A stretch of 64,000 bases of DNA from contig JAEUKA010000028.1 of assembly GCA_016794465.1 (NCBI GenBank), positions 1 through 64,000 of the forward strand, in the 5' to 3' direction. Below are positions 18,475 through 26,528 of this stretch, in pieces. The position numbers were made by a program, and so were the translations under genes. The DNA is from Myxococcales bacterium. Its GTDB lineage: Bacteria > Myxococcota_A > Polyangia > Palsa-1104 > JAEUJZ01. The number at the start of each line of letters is the position of its first letter. The first letter of the stretch is position 1. The notes beneath the pieces were generated by a model, which saw only the letters and a list, made by a program, of their open reading frames with translations, searched no databases and had not been told where the DNA came from.

Positions 18475-19887
18475 TCAGTTGTTGGGAGCCCCCGCTGCGA
18501 TCCAAGCGCTGATGGTGTTGATGTCCACTGCGGCAAGTGGCTGTCCCTTCGGCATCCGGGTTCCCATAAAGCACGGACCGGCGCCCTGCAGCTTGTGGAT
18601 AAGGTAGCTCATACTCGGAGTCGAAGGAAGGACGCGCTTGACGGTGGGACACTGCGCACTGGCAATGTTGACCAAGCTCCCGAAGCTCTTGCCAGCGCTT
18701 AAATCAAGCCCTTGCGCGGGACTTGCGCCAGCGTGACAGCCGCCCCCGCCACAGCTCTTGGTGAAGATGGGCTGGACCTGGGTGGCAAGGCTTGGGGCCT
18801 GGGTGACTGCGCTGCGCTCGACGGTGTTGATGCTGATGTTGCCGGCCTGATCTTGCGCTCGCACCACAAAGTAGTACGTCATGCCGGTGCTTAGACCGCT
18901 GACGACATACTGGACGGCTCCCGGGGAAGTGGTGAAGGTCGGGGTGGCGTAGTTTTCTCCTCCTGCGCTGCTGGCCTGATAGATGTGATACACAAGCTGC
19001 GCTTGAGGAGTCACCACGTCCGTCGCTGCGGTCCATGAAAGCGTGATGCTATTTCCCGATGCCGTGGCAGAGCCAAGTCCCGCAAAAGTCGGTGCCATCG
19101 TGTCACCTTGCGCGGGAGTCAGAGCACTCTGTTCCACCCGATTGGTATCGATGTTGCCGGCCTGATCTTGCGCTCGCACCACAAAGTAGTATCGCGTGCT
19201 GGTTGCGAGCTTTCCCACCACATAATTGGTAGCCCCCGGAGTCGTAACATACATCGGTGTCGCAAAGCTCTGTCCGCCCGCCGTACTCGCTTGGTAGATA
19301 AGATACTTTAGATCTGCGGGCAGCGAGACATTGTCGCTCCCAGCTGACCAAGAGAGTGTCACCGAGTTCGGGGCCGGAGCAGCCGCAGTCACCCCAGCAA
19401 ATGTCGGAGCGGTGGTATCGACCACCGTCATGTCGGCAGGAGGCGGAGCACCTCCGTCGTTTACACCACCCGCACCGCTAAGAATAAAGCTGCGAAGAAG
19501 CTCTAGCTCCGCCGCACTGAGTGCATTCCCAATCGGCATGTGTGAGCCAACAATCTTGGAACACGATGGATCTACTTTGCAGAACAGATAGCTCTCTGCG
19601 GGCTGCCCCGGACTGATCAGCTTACGCGCCGGATCTTGCATCGCAGCGACGTTGACGGTGTTGCGAAGTGCGACTGTGGCGGCCAGGACCAGACCCTCTG
19701 CCGGCGTTCCAGAGTCGCCGTGGCAGCCGGACAGCGCACATCGATTGGCAAACAGCTGCTCGACCGTACCACCAGGGCTTGGCGCCAGGTCAGGAAGCGA
19801 GGTGTTTGCGGGGTCCGAACAGGCCACAAATCCAGCCACTGCGCACAAAGGAATCACTAGGCCCGCGTAGACATAAGCTCTCACCAT
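18475..19887 (-). CDS. Lipoprotein with two fibronectin type III domains flanked by two CX4CH (PSCyt1-like) modules
   Basis: Start at internal Met 19887 (AAGGAG RBS, lipobox GFVAC). CALSGCHGD and CGGGGCHAG motifs each followed by P..GL.L segments. Two FN3-like repeats (TAPTFAG...SLSW / APTFAGL...TLSW). Confidence 0.7.
   Translation of the reverse strand: MVRAYVYAGLVIPLCAVAGFVACSDPANTSLPDLAPSPGGTVEQLFANRCALSGCHGDSGTPAEGLVLAATVALRNTVNVAAMQDPARKLISPGQPAESYLFCKVDPSCSKIVGSHMPIGNALSAAELELLRSFILSGAGGVNDGGAPPPADMTVVDTTAPTFAGVTAAAPAPNSVTLSWSAGSDNVSLPADLKYLIYQASTAGGQSFATPMYVTTPGATNYVVGKLATSTRYYFVVRAQDQAGNIDTNRVEQSALTPAQGDTMAPTFAGLGSATASGNSITLSWTAATDVVTPQAQLVYHIYQASSAGGENYATPTFTTSPGAVQYVVSGLSTGMTYYFVVRAQDQAGNISINTVERSAVTQAPSLATQVQPIFTKSCGGGGCHAGASPAQGLDLSAGKSFGSLVNIASAQCPTVKRVLPSTPSMSYLIHKLQGAGPCFMGTRMPKGQPLAAVDINTISAWIAAGAPNN
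18835..19191. repeat. 42-bp perfect direct repeat inside the FN3 gene, spaced by one FN3 unit
   Basis: 18835-18876 and 19150-19191 are identical (gatgttgccggcctgatcttgcgctcgcaccacaaagtagta); spacing 315 bp = 105 aa. Confidence 0.8.
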
Positions 19888-20131
19888 GGGGTCGCTCCTT
19901 GAGGGATCTGGGAACGCAAACGGGAGCCACAAAAAGGGCTGTACCAGCGGTGAGAAAAGCAAGTTCAAGGCCAGTCAAAATCATCCGTTTCTGCGACGAC
20001 AACAAGCCGGCTTCAGCCTCTTTATGATGTACCAATTGGGACAGAAGCAGCACCCATCGGTACAGCTTTTGGCACCCGGGTCGCCTTCCTTTCCGCAGGC
20101 ACCGCGAGTGCTCGCTTGGTGGGCGCGATTC

Positions 20132-22219
20132 CTACAGCTCGCCACGGACTCCCAGCGAAGGCAAGATCGGCAGTCCGGTGATCGCGGCGCGCTGGGTGTA
20201 GTCGTAGGAATAGACCAGCTGTTCCTGGGCCGGATTGTTGTAGAGGTTCGAGATGTCCAGATACAGCTTGAACGTCATCCGCCGGGTCACAAACGTACGA
20301 TCGATGCGCAGATCCAGCTGATGAAAGGGAGCCAGTCTCTCGGTGTTTCTCTCCGTCGCTGGAATCGGCTGATAGAGATCGGTATCACTGTCAAAGAAAC
20401 CACCCCGAACCGGAGTCTGCGGAATGCCACTGATGTAGCGGAAGCGGAGTCCGATCTCGAACTTGTAGGGAAGGTAGGCATGCGCGGCCAGGATCAAAAT
20501 GTGGGTCTGATCAAAGTCGAACAAGCGGAAGTCACAGCGTACACAGTCCGCCCGCTCACTGCGCAGAAGGGAATAGCTCAGCCAGCCAAAAAAGTACTTC
20601 GACAGACTCTGCCGCAGCAGCAGCGTGCCTCCGAAGATGCGACCGATTCCCTGCGAGGCAGTCCGCTCCGGACGAATATCGGTGGGTGAAAGACCACTCC
20701 CAAAGCGGCGTGACAGCGTCGAGCTTCCCGCAAAATCCCATAGATACTTGAACAGCCCCGTAAGCTCGATCGTAAGTCCCTTCCAGATCGCTTGTTCCAC
20801 CGCCAGCGACAGATGCAGAGCCCGCTCCAGCCGCAGCTCTCGGTTCCCAAACGAAGAGAAGTAGTCCTGCACCGCAGGGTCTTGGGAATACAGCCCAGCC
20901 CCAAGCTTTACCGTCGTCAGTGGAGTCGCCACAACCTTCGCCGTCAAGCGCGGATCAAGCGACCACCGCCGCAGATATCCAAAGTAGTCGAAGCGAATCC
21001 CTGGCACCACGCTGACGCGATCGTGAAGCTTCGCCACCGCTTCGGCATAGAGCGCCGGATTGGCAAAGAACGCTTGGTCCTGCGCGACGACCTGCGACAG
21101 CGAGCCCGGCGGTTTTTGGAACTCTCCTTCCCGCACCGGCGCAGGCACCGCCGCATCCAGCCAGACATAGGAGGTCTGCACATCGGCTCCCGCCAACACC
21201 CGAAATCGCGGTGACAGCATGCGCGCAGCCTCGATGCGAAAGTCCGTTCCCAGCGTCTTGACCGCCATCGAGACGGTGCGCCCCAGCTCAAGCTCCGTCG
21301 CGGTGTAGCCACTGGTGCTCTGGAACAGCCAGTCCCAGCCGGCCAGCCGACGCTGATACCGCAGCTGTAGTCGATGAAACATGATGTGCGTCGAAAACGT
21401 GCCATTGACCGACGGATCGACATCTTGAGGGCGCGCAAACTTGAGTGCGATCTGGTCATCGGCCCCCAGCACCATCACCCGCAGCGTCCCACCACCAAGG
21501 CTGTACTTGAGCAGCGCTTGATAGTCCCAGTAGACCGGCGCACTCGTAAAACGCAGACCGGGTGGATCACCAAGCGCCGCACCGACGAGCGCCAGCCCCG
21601 CATCAACATAGCTCCGCCTGACCCCGAGCAGGATCGAGCCACTTGGCGTCTGGGTCTGCGGATGCTTGGGCGGCAGTGGACCTTCGACCTCGACGCCCAG
21701 ATGGATCGGATTTGCGTCGAGCGCCGCGTGCCAGCGATCGGTCTGCCCCGTCCGCAGCTCGACATCAATCGTGCCCGCCGTCGCCCGCCCGTAGCGAACC
21801 CCAAAGTTGTGCGGCAGATAGGTCACACTGGCCAGCGTCCCGGCTGGCACCACCGACGTAAAACCCCCGTAGTGATACAGCTGCGGCACCTCGGCCGTGG
21901 CCAGGTACACCCGAGAGTCCGACGGTCGCGCCCCCTCGATGATGAACAGCCCGGTGTTGAGGGGTGGTCGCGCCGCTCCCGGCAGGTTCTCGATCGCTCG
22001 CAGCGGGTCACCCAGCGTCCCCGGCAGCTTGCGCAGCTCCTCGGTCTTGAGCGTCTGCTTGCTGATTTCTTCACGCAGAGCGGGATCGTCCGCCGTCACC
22101 ACCGCTTCAAAGCGACCGTCCGCGCGGGCAAAAGCCGCCCCCAGTCCACATCCCAGCGACGGCACGATCCGCAGCAGCACGACTTGCGTCAGCTTGGCAT
22201 CGAAGACCGGGCGCCACAT
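20132..22219 (-). CDS. TonB-dependent receptor-like outer membrane protein
   Basis: Signal peptide then a TonB plug-like segment (EELRKLPGTLGDPLRAIENLPGAARPP...GFTSVVPAGTLASVTYLPHNFGVRYGRATAGTIDVELRTG), followed by a long beta-barrel-type region. Start at internal Met (22219) with plausible signal peptide. Confidence 0.7.
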   Translation of the reverse strand: MWRPVFDAKLTQVVLLRIVPSLGCGLGAAFARADGRFEAVVTADDPALREEISKQTLKTEELRKLPGTLGDPLRAIENLPGAARPPLNTGLFIIEGARPSDSRVYLATAEVPQLYHYGGFTSVVPAGTLASVTYLPHNFGVRYGRATAGTIDVELRTGQTDRWHAALDANPIHLGVEVEGPLPPKHPQTQTPSGSILLGVRRSYVDAGLALVGAALGDPPGLRFTSAPVYWDYQALLKYSLGGGTLRVMVLGADDQIALKFARPQDVDPSVNGTFSTHIMFHRLQLRYQRRLAGWDWLFQSTSGYTATELELGRTVSMAVKTLGTDFRIEAARMLSPRFRVLAGADVQTSYVWLDAAVPAPVREGEFQKPPGSLSQVVAQDQAFFANPALYAEAVAKLHDRVSVVPGIRFDYFGYLRRWSLDPRLTAKVVATPLTTVKLGAGLYSQDPAVQDYFSSFGNRELRLERALHLSLAVEQAIWKGLTIELTGLFKYLWDFAGSSTLSRRFGSGLSPTDIRPERTASQGIGRIFGGTLLLRQSLSKYFFGWLSYSLLRSERADCVRCDFRLFDFDQTHILILAAHAYLPYKFEIGLRFRYISGIPQTPVRGGFFDSDTDLYQPIPATERNTERLAPFHQLDLRIDRTFVTRRMTFKLYLDISNLYNNPAQEQLVYSYDYTQRAAITGLPILPSLGVRGEL

Positions 22220-22787
22220 GAGGCGGTCATCGTAGCACCGGCCTTCATCCGTCTGCCGAGCTGCCTTTGATCGGCGGCGCCGGACGAGGATAGGGCGGCG
22301 GAGCGGGATAACCGAGCAACCCCAAGGGGCGGAGCACATGGCGGGTCATGCCTACATCCAACGCTCGTTCCGCCCCAAAGTTTCGGCTTGCTCAAGGCTG
22401 TTTTTTGTATGGCATGTTACATGCACACATCAAAGAGTGTTGCGCGCCGGCAATCCTGAGCCCATAAGAGTGTGTCTCGTGTCAGTTGCCTGCGGAAGCA
22501 ACCCAGCGCAGCGTCATCAATGAAGAGGTATCGCACACCATGCGACCAAGGAAACAGCACCCGCAGCCGCACCTACTACTGGCGAGAACCTGCTTGAGAA
22601 GTCAGGTTACACAAAGTATTTTTTGTGCTTTGCATTGCAAATCACGCAAGTATCCTAAAGATCGGTTAAAAACAAACTTGCTGCCCTGCCCACACACCGC
22701 GCAGGGAGCCTGTCAGGGGGACTCGGTGGTTTCGCGCCACGCTCGCGATCTCCGTCTTGCCTGCTCACAGAACACAGGGAGGATTCA

Positions 22788-24440
22788 ATGAGCCGTCCAG
22801 TTCTCACGCGTACGTTGACCGGGGCATTGCTTACCCTGTCACTCGGCGCGTGCACCGCTCCACAGGTAGGCAGCCCATGCCCAATTCCGGAAAAGGCCGA
22901 TGCCAAGACGCGGCAGGAGGCGGTCCAGAAGTGCTTCGGGCTGATCGCGGGCAACTCCAACGACTTCCGAGTCAAAAAGGATGTCGACATCCTCTTTATG
23001 ATTGACAACTCGCCGTCGATGTCCCCCAAGCAGGCGGCGCTCGCAAAGAACATTCCCAAGTTCATCGAGAGGATCGAGTCGTTCGGGGTCAACTACCACG
23101 TCGGCATCATCACCTCTGACGTGGGAACGACCGTCTCGGATGGCGCGACCTGGGGCGCCGGCTCAGAGTCGTCGTGCGATAGCTTCGCTGGCGACGACGG
23201 GCGACTTCAGGATCTGACCTGCGACAAGCGCAACACCGTCTCGCCACAGGCTTCGCAGGCGTGTACCTCGCTCTGCCCGGACAACCGCTTCAAGCCGACC
23301 GACGGTTCCAAGTACATCTCCAAGATCGATGGCAAGACCAACGTCCCGCCGGCGCTGCGACTCGATCCGATGACCGGCCGCATGGTCGACGACGGACCCG
23401 TCAATGCCTTCAAATGCATGGCGCTCGTCGGAGACTCTGGCTGCGGCGTCGAAGGTCAGATGGAAGCGGTGCGGCGCGCCCTGAAAAACAGCGCCAACGG
23501 CGACTTCCTGCGCAACGGCTCGACGCTGGCGGTCATCTACATCACCGACGAAGATGACTGTTCGGTTCAGCCCAGCCGCCGCTCGGAGCTAAACCCCGGC
23601 TACCGCAACTGCACCCCCGGCCAGCCCGACTCGTACGACTGCTACAAGGTCGATTACCGCTGCATGGCCCGCTCGATCCAGTGCACCGAAGGCATGATGA
23701 CGCCCGGCGGCAAGACCAACTGCAAAGAGCGCAGCGACAGCTTCCTCGAGCCGGTCAAGACCTTCTATAACGATCTCCTCGCGGTGCGCTCGTCGGACAA
23801 GCTGCTGGTCAGCGGCATCTGGACCCAGCCCAACATCGACGTGGCCAAGGGTGGCAGCGTGACGATCATCGGCGGGCCCCAGACCTCGGATCTGCGCCGC
23901 GAGCCCGCTTGCCGCAACGCGGTCGACAGCACCGTCGTGGGCCAGCCGCAGTTCCGAATGTCGCAGCTGGCAGCGATGTTCGGCAAGGACAAGGACGGCA
24001 ACGACAACGCGCCGCAGCTGAACGTCTGCAACACCGACGATTATCCGAGCGCGCTCGATACGATCCTCAAGGCCCTGGAAAAGAAGCTGGTGCCGTGCCT
24101 GCCGATCACGCTCAAGACCGTGGGCGGACTGCCGATCTGCCTGGTCGGTGATGTCGACTCGAACACGCCGGACGCCGTGCCTGAGAAGTACTTCCCACTG
24201 TGCTCCACCAGCTGCTGCGATGCTTGGGCTAGCACCAAGACTCCGTCGCTGGCTGACGCTGGCATCCAGAGCGCGTGTGCCGGCGAGACAACCGACGCCT
24301 GCTACTGCGCCATCAAGAGCAAGGACCCGACGGTCTGCACCGAGGGAGTCAACGGCGGCGTCGTGACTGGCGTGTGGCGCAAGAACAACGCCAATCCTCC
24401 GGTCGGCAAGGTCGTCAACTTCCGCTGCGTCGGCTACTAG
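22788..24440 (+). CDS. Secreted Cys-rich vWA(MIDAS) lipoprotein, paralog A
   Basis: AGGGAGG RBS. Lipoprotein signal (LTLSLGAC), MIDAS motif DILFMIDNSPSM, about 30 Cys. 550 aa. Paralogous to the next gene (roughly 55-60 percent identity by eye, same length and Cys spacing). Confidence 0.75.
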   Translation: MSRPVLTRTLTGALLTLSLGACTAPQVGSPCPIPEKADAKTRQEAVQKCFGLIAGNSNDFRVKKDVDILFMIDNSPSMSPKQAALAKNIPKFIERIESFGVNYHVGIITSDVGTTVSDGATWGAGSESSCDSFAGDDGRLQDLTCDKRNTVSPQASQACTSLCPDNRFKPTDGSKYISKIDGKTNVPPALRLDPMTGRMVDDGPVNAFKCMALVGDSGCGVEGQMEAVRRALKNSANGDFLRNGSTLAVIYITDEDDCSVQPSRRSELNPGYRNCTPGQPDSYDCYKVDYRCMARSIQCTEGMMTPGGKTNCKERSDSFLEPVKTFYNDLLAVRSSDKLLVSGIWTQPNIDVAKGGSVTIIGGPQTSDLRREPACRNAVDSTVVGQPQFRMSQLAAMFGKDKDGNDNAPQLNVCNTDDYPSALDTILKALEKKLVPCLPITLKTVGGLPICLVGDVDSNTPDAVPEKYFPLCSTSCCDAWASTKTPSLADAGIQSACAGETTDACYCAIKSKDPTVCTEGVNGGVVTGVWRKNNANPPVGKVVNFRCVGY

Positions 24441-24654
24441 CCTCTCACCGCATCGCCTCCGCAAGTCCCCCGAAAAAACTTCATAAAAATCGCGCTTCCA
24501 GCGAAAGGTCTGGGGCCTCCGTGCGCCTAACCAACCAAGTAGGTCGATGGCAGTGACTGTGGCTTGCTCTCCCTCATCTTGTGAGCTACCGTGCCGCTGT
24601 ACGCCGACGACCCTACATGGTGTGGCGCTACTGAAATCCGTATGGAGGCTTGTG

Positions 24655-26322
24655 ATGCGACGTTCTCAACTTACTCTCGCGCTCTTGGGGCTAGGCTCTG
24701 CGCTGCTCCTGTCGGCCTGCACCAATCCGCAGGTCGGGTCGACCTGTCCGGTGCCAACGACGGGCGATTCCAAGTCAAAGCAAAAAGAGTTCGGCAAGTG
24801 CATTAGTCAGCTCGGCGAAAGTGTCGTCGATGCGCGGCTCCGCAAAGATGTCGATATCCTGTTCCTGGTCGACAACTCTCCGTCGATGACGCCGAAGCAA
24901 AAGGCGCTCGCGAACAACATCCCCAAGTTCATCCAAAAGATTGACGCCACGGGCGCCAACTACCACGTCGGTATCGCCACCAGCGACATCGGCAGCAACG
25001 TCCAGCCTGGTGTGCCCTGGGGCGGCAACATCGGCAAGTGCGACAGCTACGAAGGCGATGACGGCGTCCTGCAAGCCGTGCCTTGCACCACCCGCAACAC
25101 CGTCACTCCCGATGCCCGCAACGGCTGCGCGCAGCTGTGCCCAGACGACAAGTTCGTACCGACCGATGGCCGCCGCTTCATCTCGAAGGTCGATGGCGTG
25201 ACCAATGTGCCGGTTTCGATGGAGCGCGACCCGGTCACCGGCAAGATGGTCGACACCGGTCCTATCAAGTCGTTCAAGTGTATGGCTCTCGTCGGTGACG
25301 ACGGCTGCGGCATCGAGGGCCCGCTCGAAGGCGCCAAGCGTGCTGTGGACGGTCATCGCAGTGAAAACTCGGGCTTCTTGCGCGCCAACTCGGTGCTGGC
25401 GGTCATCTTCATCACCGACGAAGACGACTGCTCAGTCCAGATGGCCAAGCGGGACCAGAACAACCCGAGCTACCGCGACTGCGATCCGACGCAGCCGGAC
25501 TCTCCCGAGTGCTACAACGTCGACTTCCGCTGCTTGGCGCGCTCGATTCAGTGCAACGAGACGCTGCTCACCACGGGCGTCAAGAATGCTTGCAAAGAGC
25601 GGCCCAACAACTACCTCGAGCCCGTCGAGAAGTACTATCGCTTCTTTAGCAACCTGCGCCCGGCCAACAAGCTGCTCATCAGCGGCATCTGGACGCTCCC
25701 CTCGATCGATCTGGGCGGCAAGGTCGAGATCGCTCGCGCCGGTGGCACCACCACCCCGAACCTAAACCGAGCGGGCGGCGCGGGCGCTTCCTGCGTCTAC
25801 GTCGGTGACCAGAGCGTCTACGGTCAGGCTCAGATGCGGCTGTCGAAGTTCGCCAAGCAGTTCGGCTCCGACGCCAAGGGTCAGGCCAACGCGCTCGAAG
25901 TCTCGATCTGCGACATCGACAACTACCCGACGGCACTTGACCGCATCGCCAAGGCCATTGAGCAGCGGCTCCAGGCGCAGTGCTTGCCGGTCATTCCGAA
26001 GACCGATGCCAATGGCAACCCGATGTGTCTCGTCGGTGATGTCGATGAAGCCTCGCCCGCCAGCGCACCGGACCCCGACACCGCGTTCCCGGTCTGCTCG
26101 AAGACTTGCTGCAATGCTTGGGCAGCGACGAGCACGCCAACTCCGGGCGACGACTCGATCAAGATGGCCTGCGAGTCCGAAGCGCGTGACTGCTACTGCG
26201 CGATCAAGAGCAAGGACCCGAACATCTGCAGCGACTCGGTGGTAGCAGGTGTGTGGCGCAAGGGCGGCGCTCAGCCACCTCCGGGCAAGGTCGTCAACTT
26301 CCGCTGCGCCGGCGGCGGCTGA
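24655..26322 (+). CDS. Secreted Cys-rich vWA(MIDAS) lipoprotein, paralog B
   Basis: Start at internal ATG 24655 with GGAGG RBS, 6-nt spacer. Signal LLLSAC; DILFLVDNSPSM MIDAS; collinear with paralog A to the C-terminal VVNFRC motif. Confidence 0.75.
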   Translation: MRRSQLTLALLGLGSALLLSACTNPQVGSTCPVPTTGDSKSKQKEFGKCISQLGESVVDARLRKDVDILFLVDNSPSMTPKQKALANNIPKFIQKIDATGANYHVGIATSDIGSNVQPGVPWGGNIGKCDSYEGDDGVLQAVPCTTRNTVTPDARNGCAQLCPDDKFVPTDGRRFISKVDGVTNVPVSMERDPVTGKMVDTGPIKSFKCMALVGDDGCGIEGPLEGAKRAVDGHRSENSGFLRANSVLAVIFITDEDDCSVQMAKRDQNNPSYRDCDPTQPDSPECYNVDFRCLARSIQCNETLLTTGVKNACKERPNNYLEPVEKYYRFFSNLRPANKLLISGIWTLPSIDLGGKVEIARAGGTTTPNLNRAGGAGASCVYVGDQSVYGQAQMRLSKFAKQFGSDAKGQANALEVSICDIDNYPTALDRIAKAIEQRLQAQCLPVIPKTDANGNPMCLVGDVDEASPASAPDPDTAFPVCSKTCCNAWAATSTPTPGDDSIKMACESEARDCYCAIKSKDPNICSDSVVAGVWRKGGAQPPPGKVVNFRCAGGG

Positions 26323-26514
26323 TCGCAGCTTCCCCCTCGCCTTTTTTGACCCTGCTCAAGCTTCCCCTTCCCGCCTTCCCACACTCCTGACTGGTTCCGC
26401 TTCGACTCCCGCTTGCTCTCGCTGAGACGGAGCGGACCGTGCTGCGTCGGCTTGGGTTGACCCCATCCCGGCGGGTGCGAGATGATCCCACCGGATTTTC
26501 ATTGGGGCTCGCAC

Positions 26515-26522
26515 AAAGGGGG
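26515..26522 (+). promoter_or_regulatory. Shine-Dalgarno (aaaggggg) for the MVP homolog
   Basis: GGGGG at 26518-26522, 6 nt before ATG 26529. The alternative ATG at 26523 abuts the SD directly. Confidence 0.5.
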
Positions 26523-26528
26523 ATGGTC

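Noticed and set aside
21374-22270. 298-aa + strand ORF
   Set aside because: Antisense to the TonB-like OMP gene; R/H/P-rich.
23589-24464. 291-aa minus ORF, and similar ORFs at 24775..25356(-) and 25205..25765(+)
   Set aside because: Antisense or out-of-frame within the two vWA lipoprotein paralogs. Those paralogs have signal peptides, MIDAS motifs and mutual conservation.
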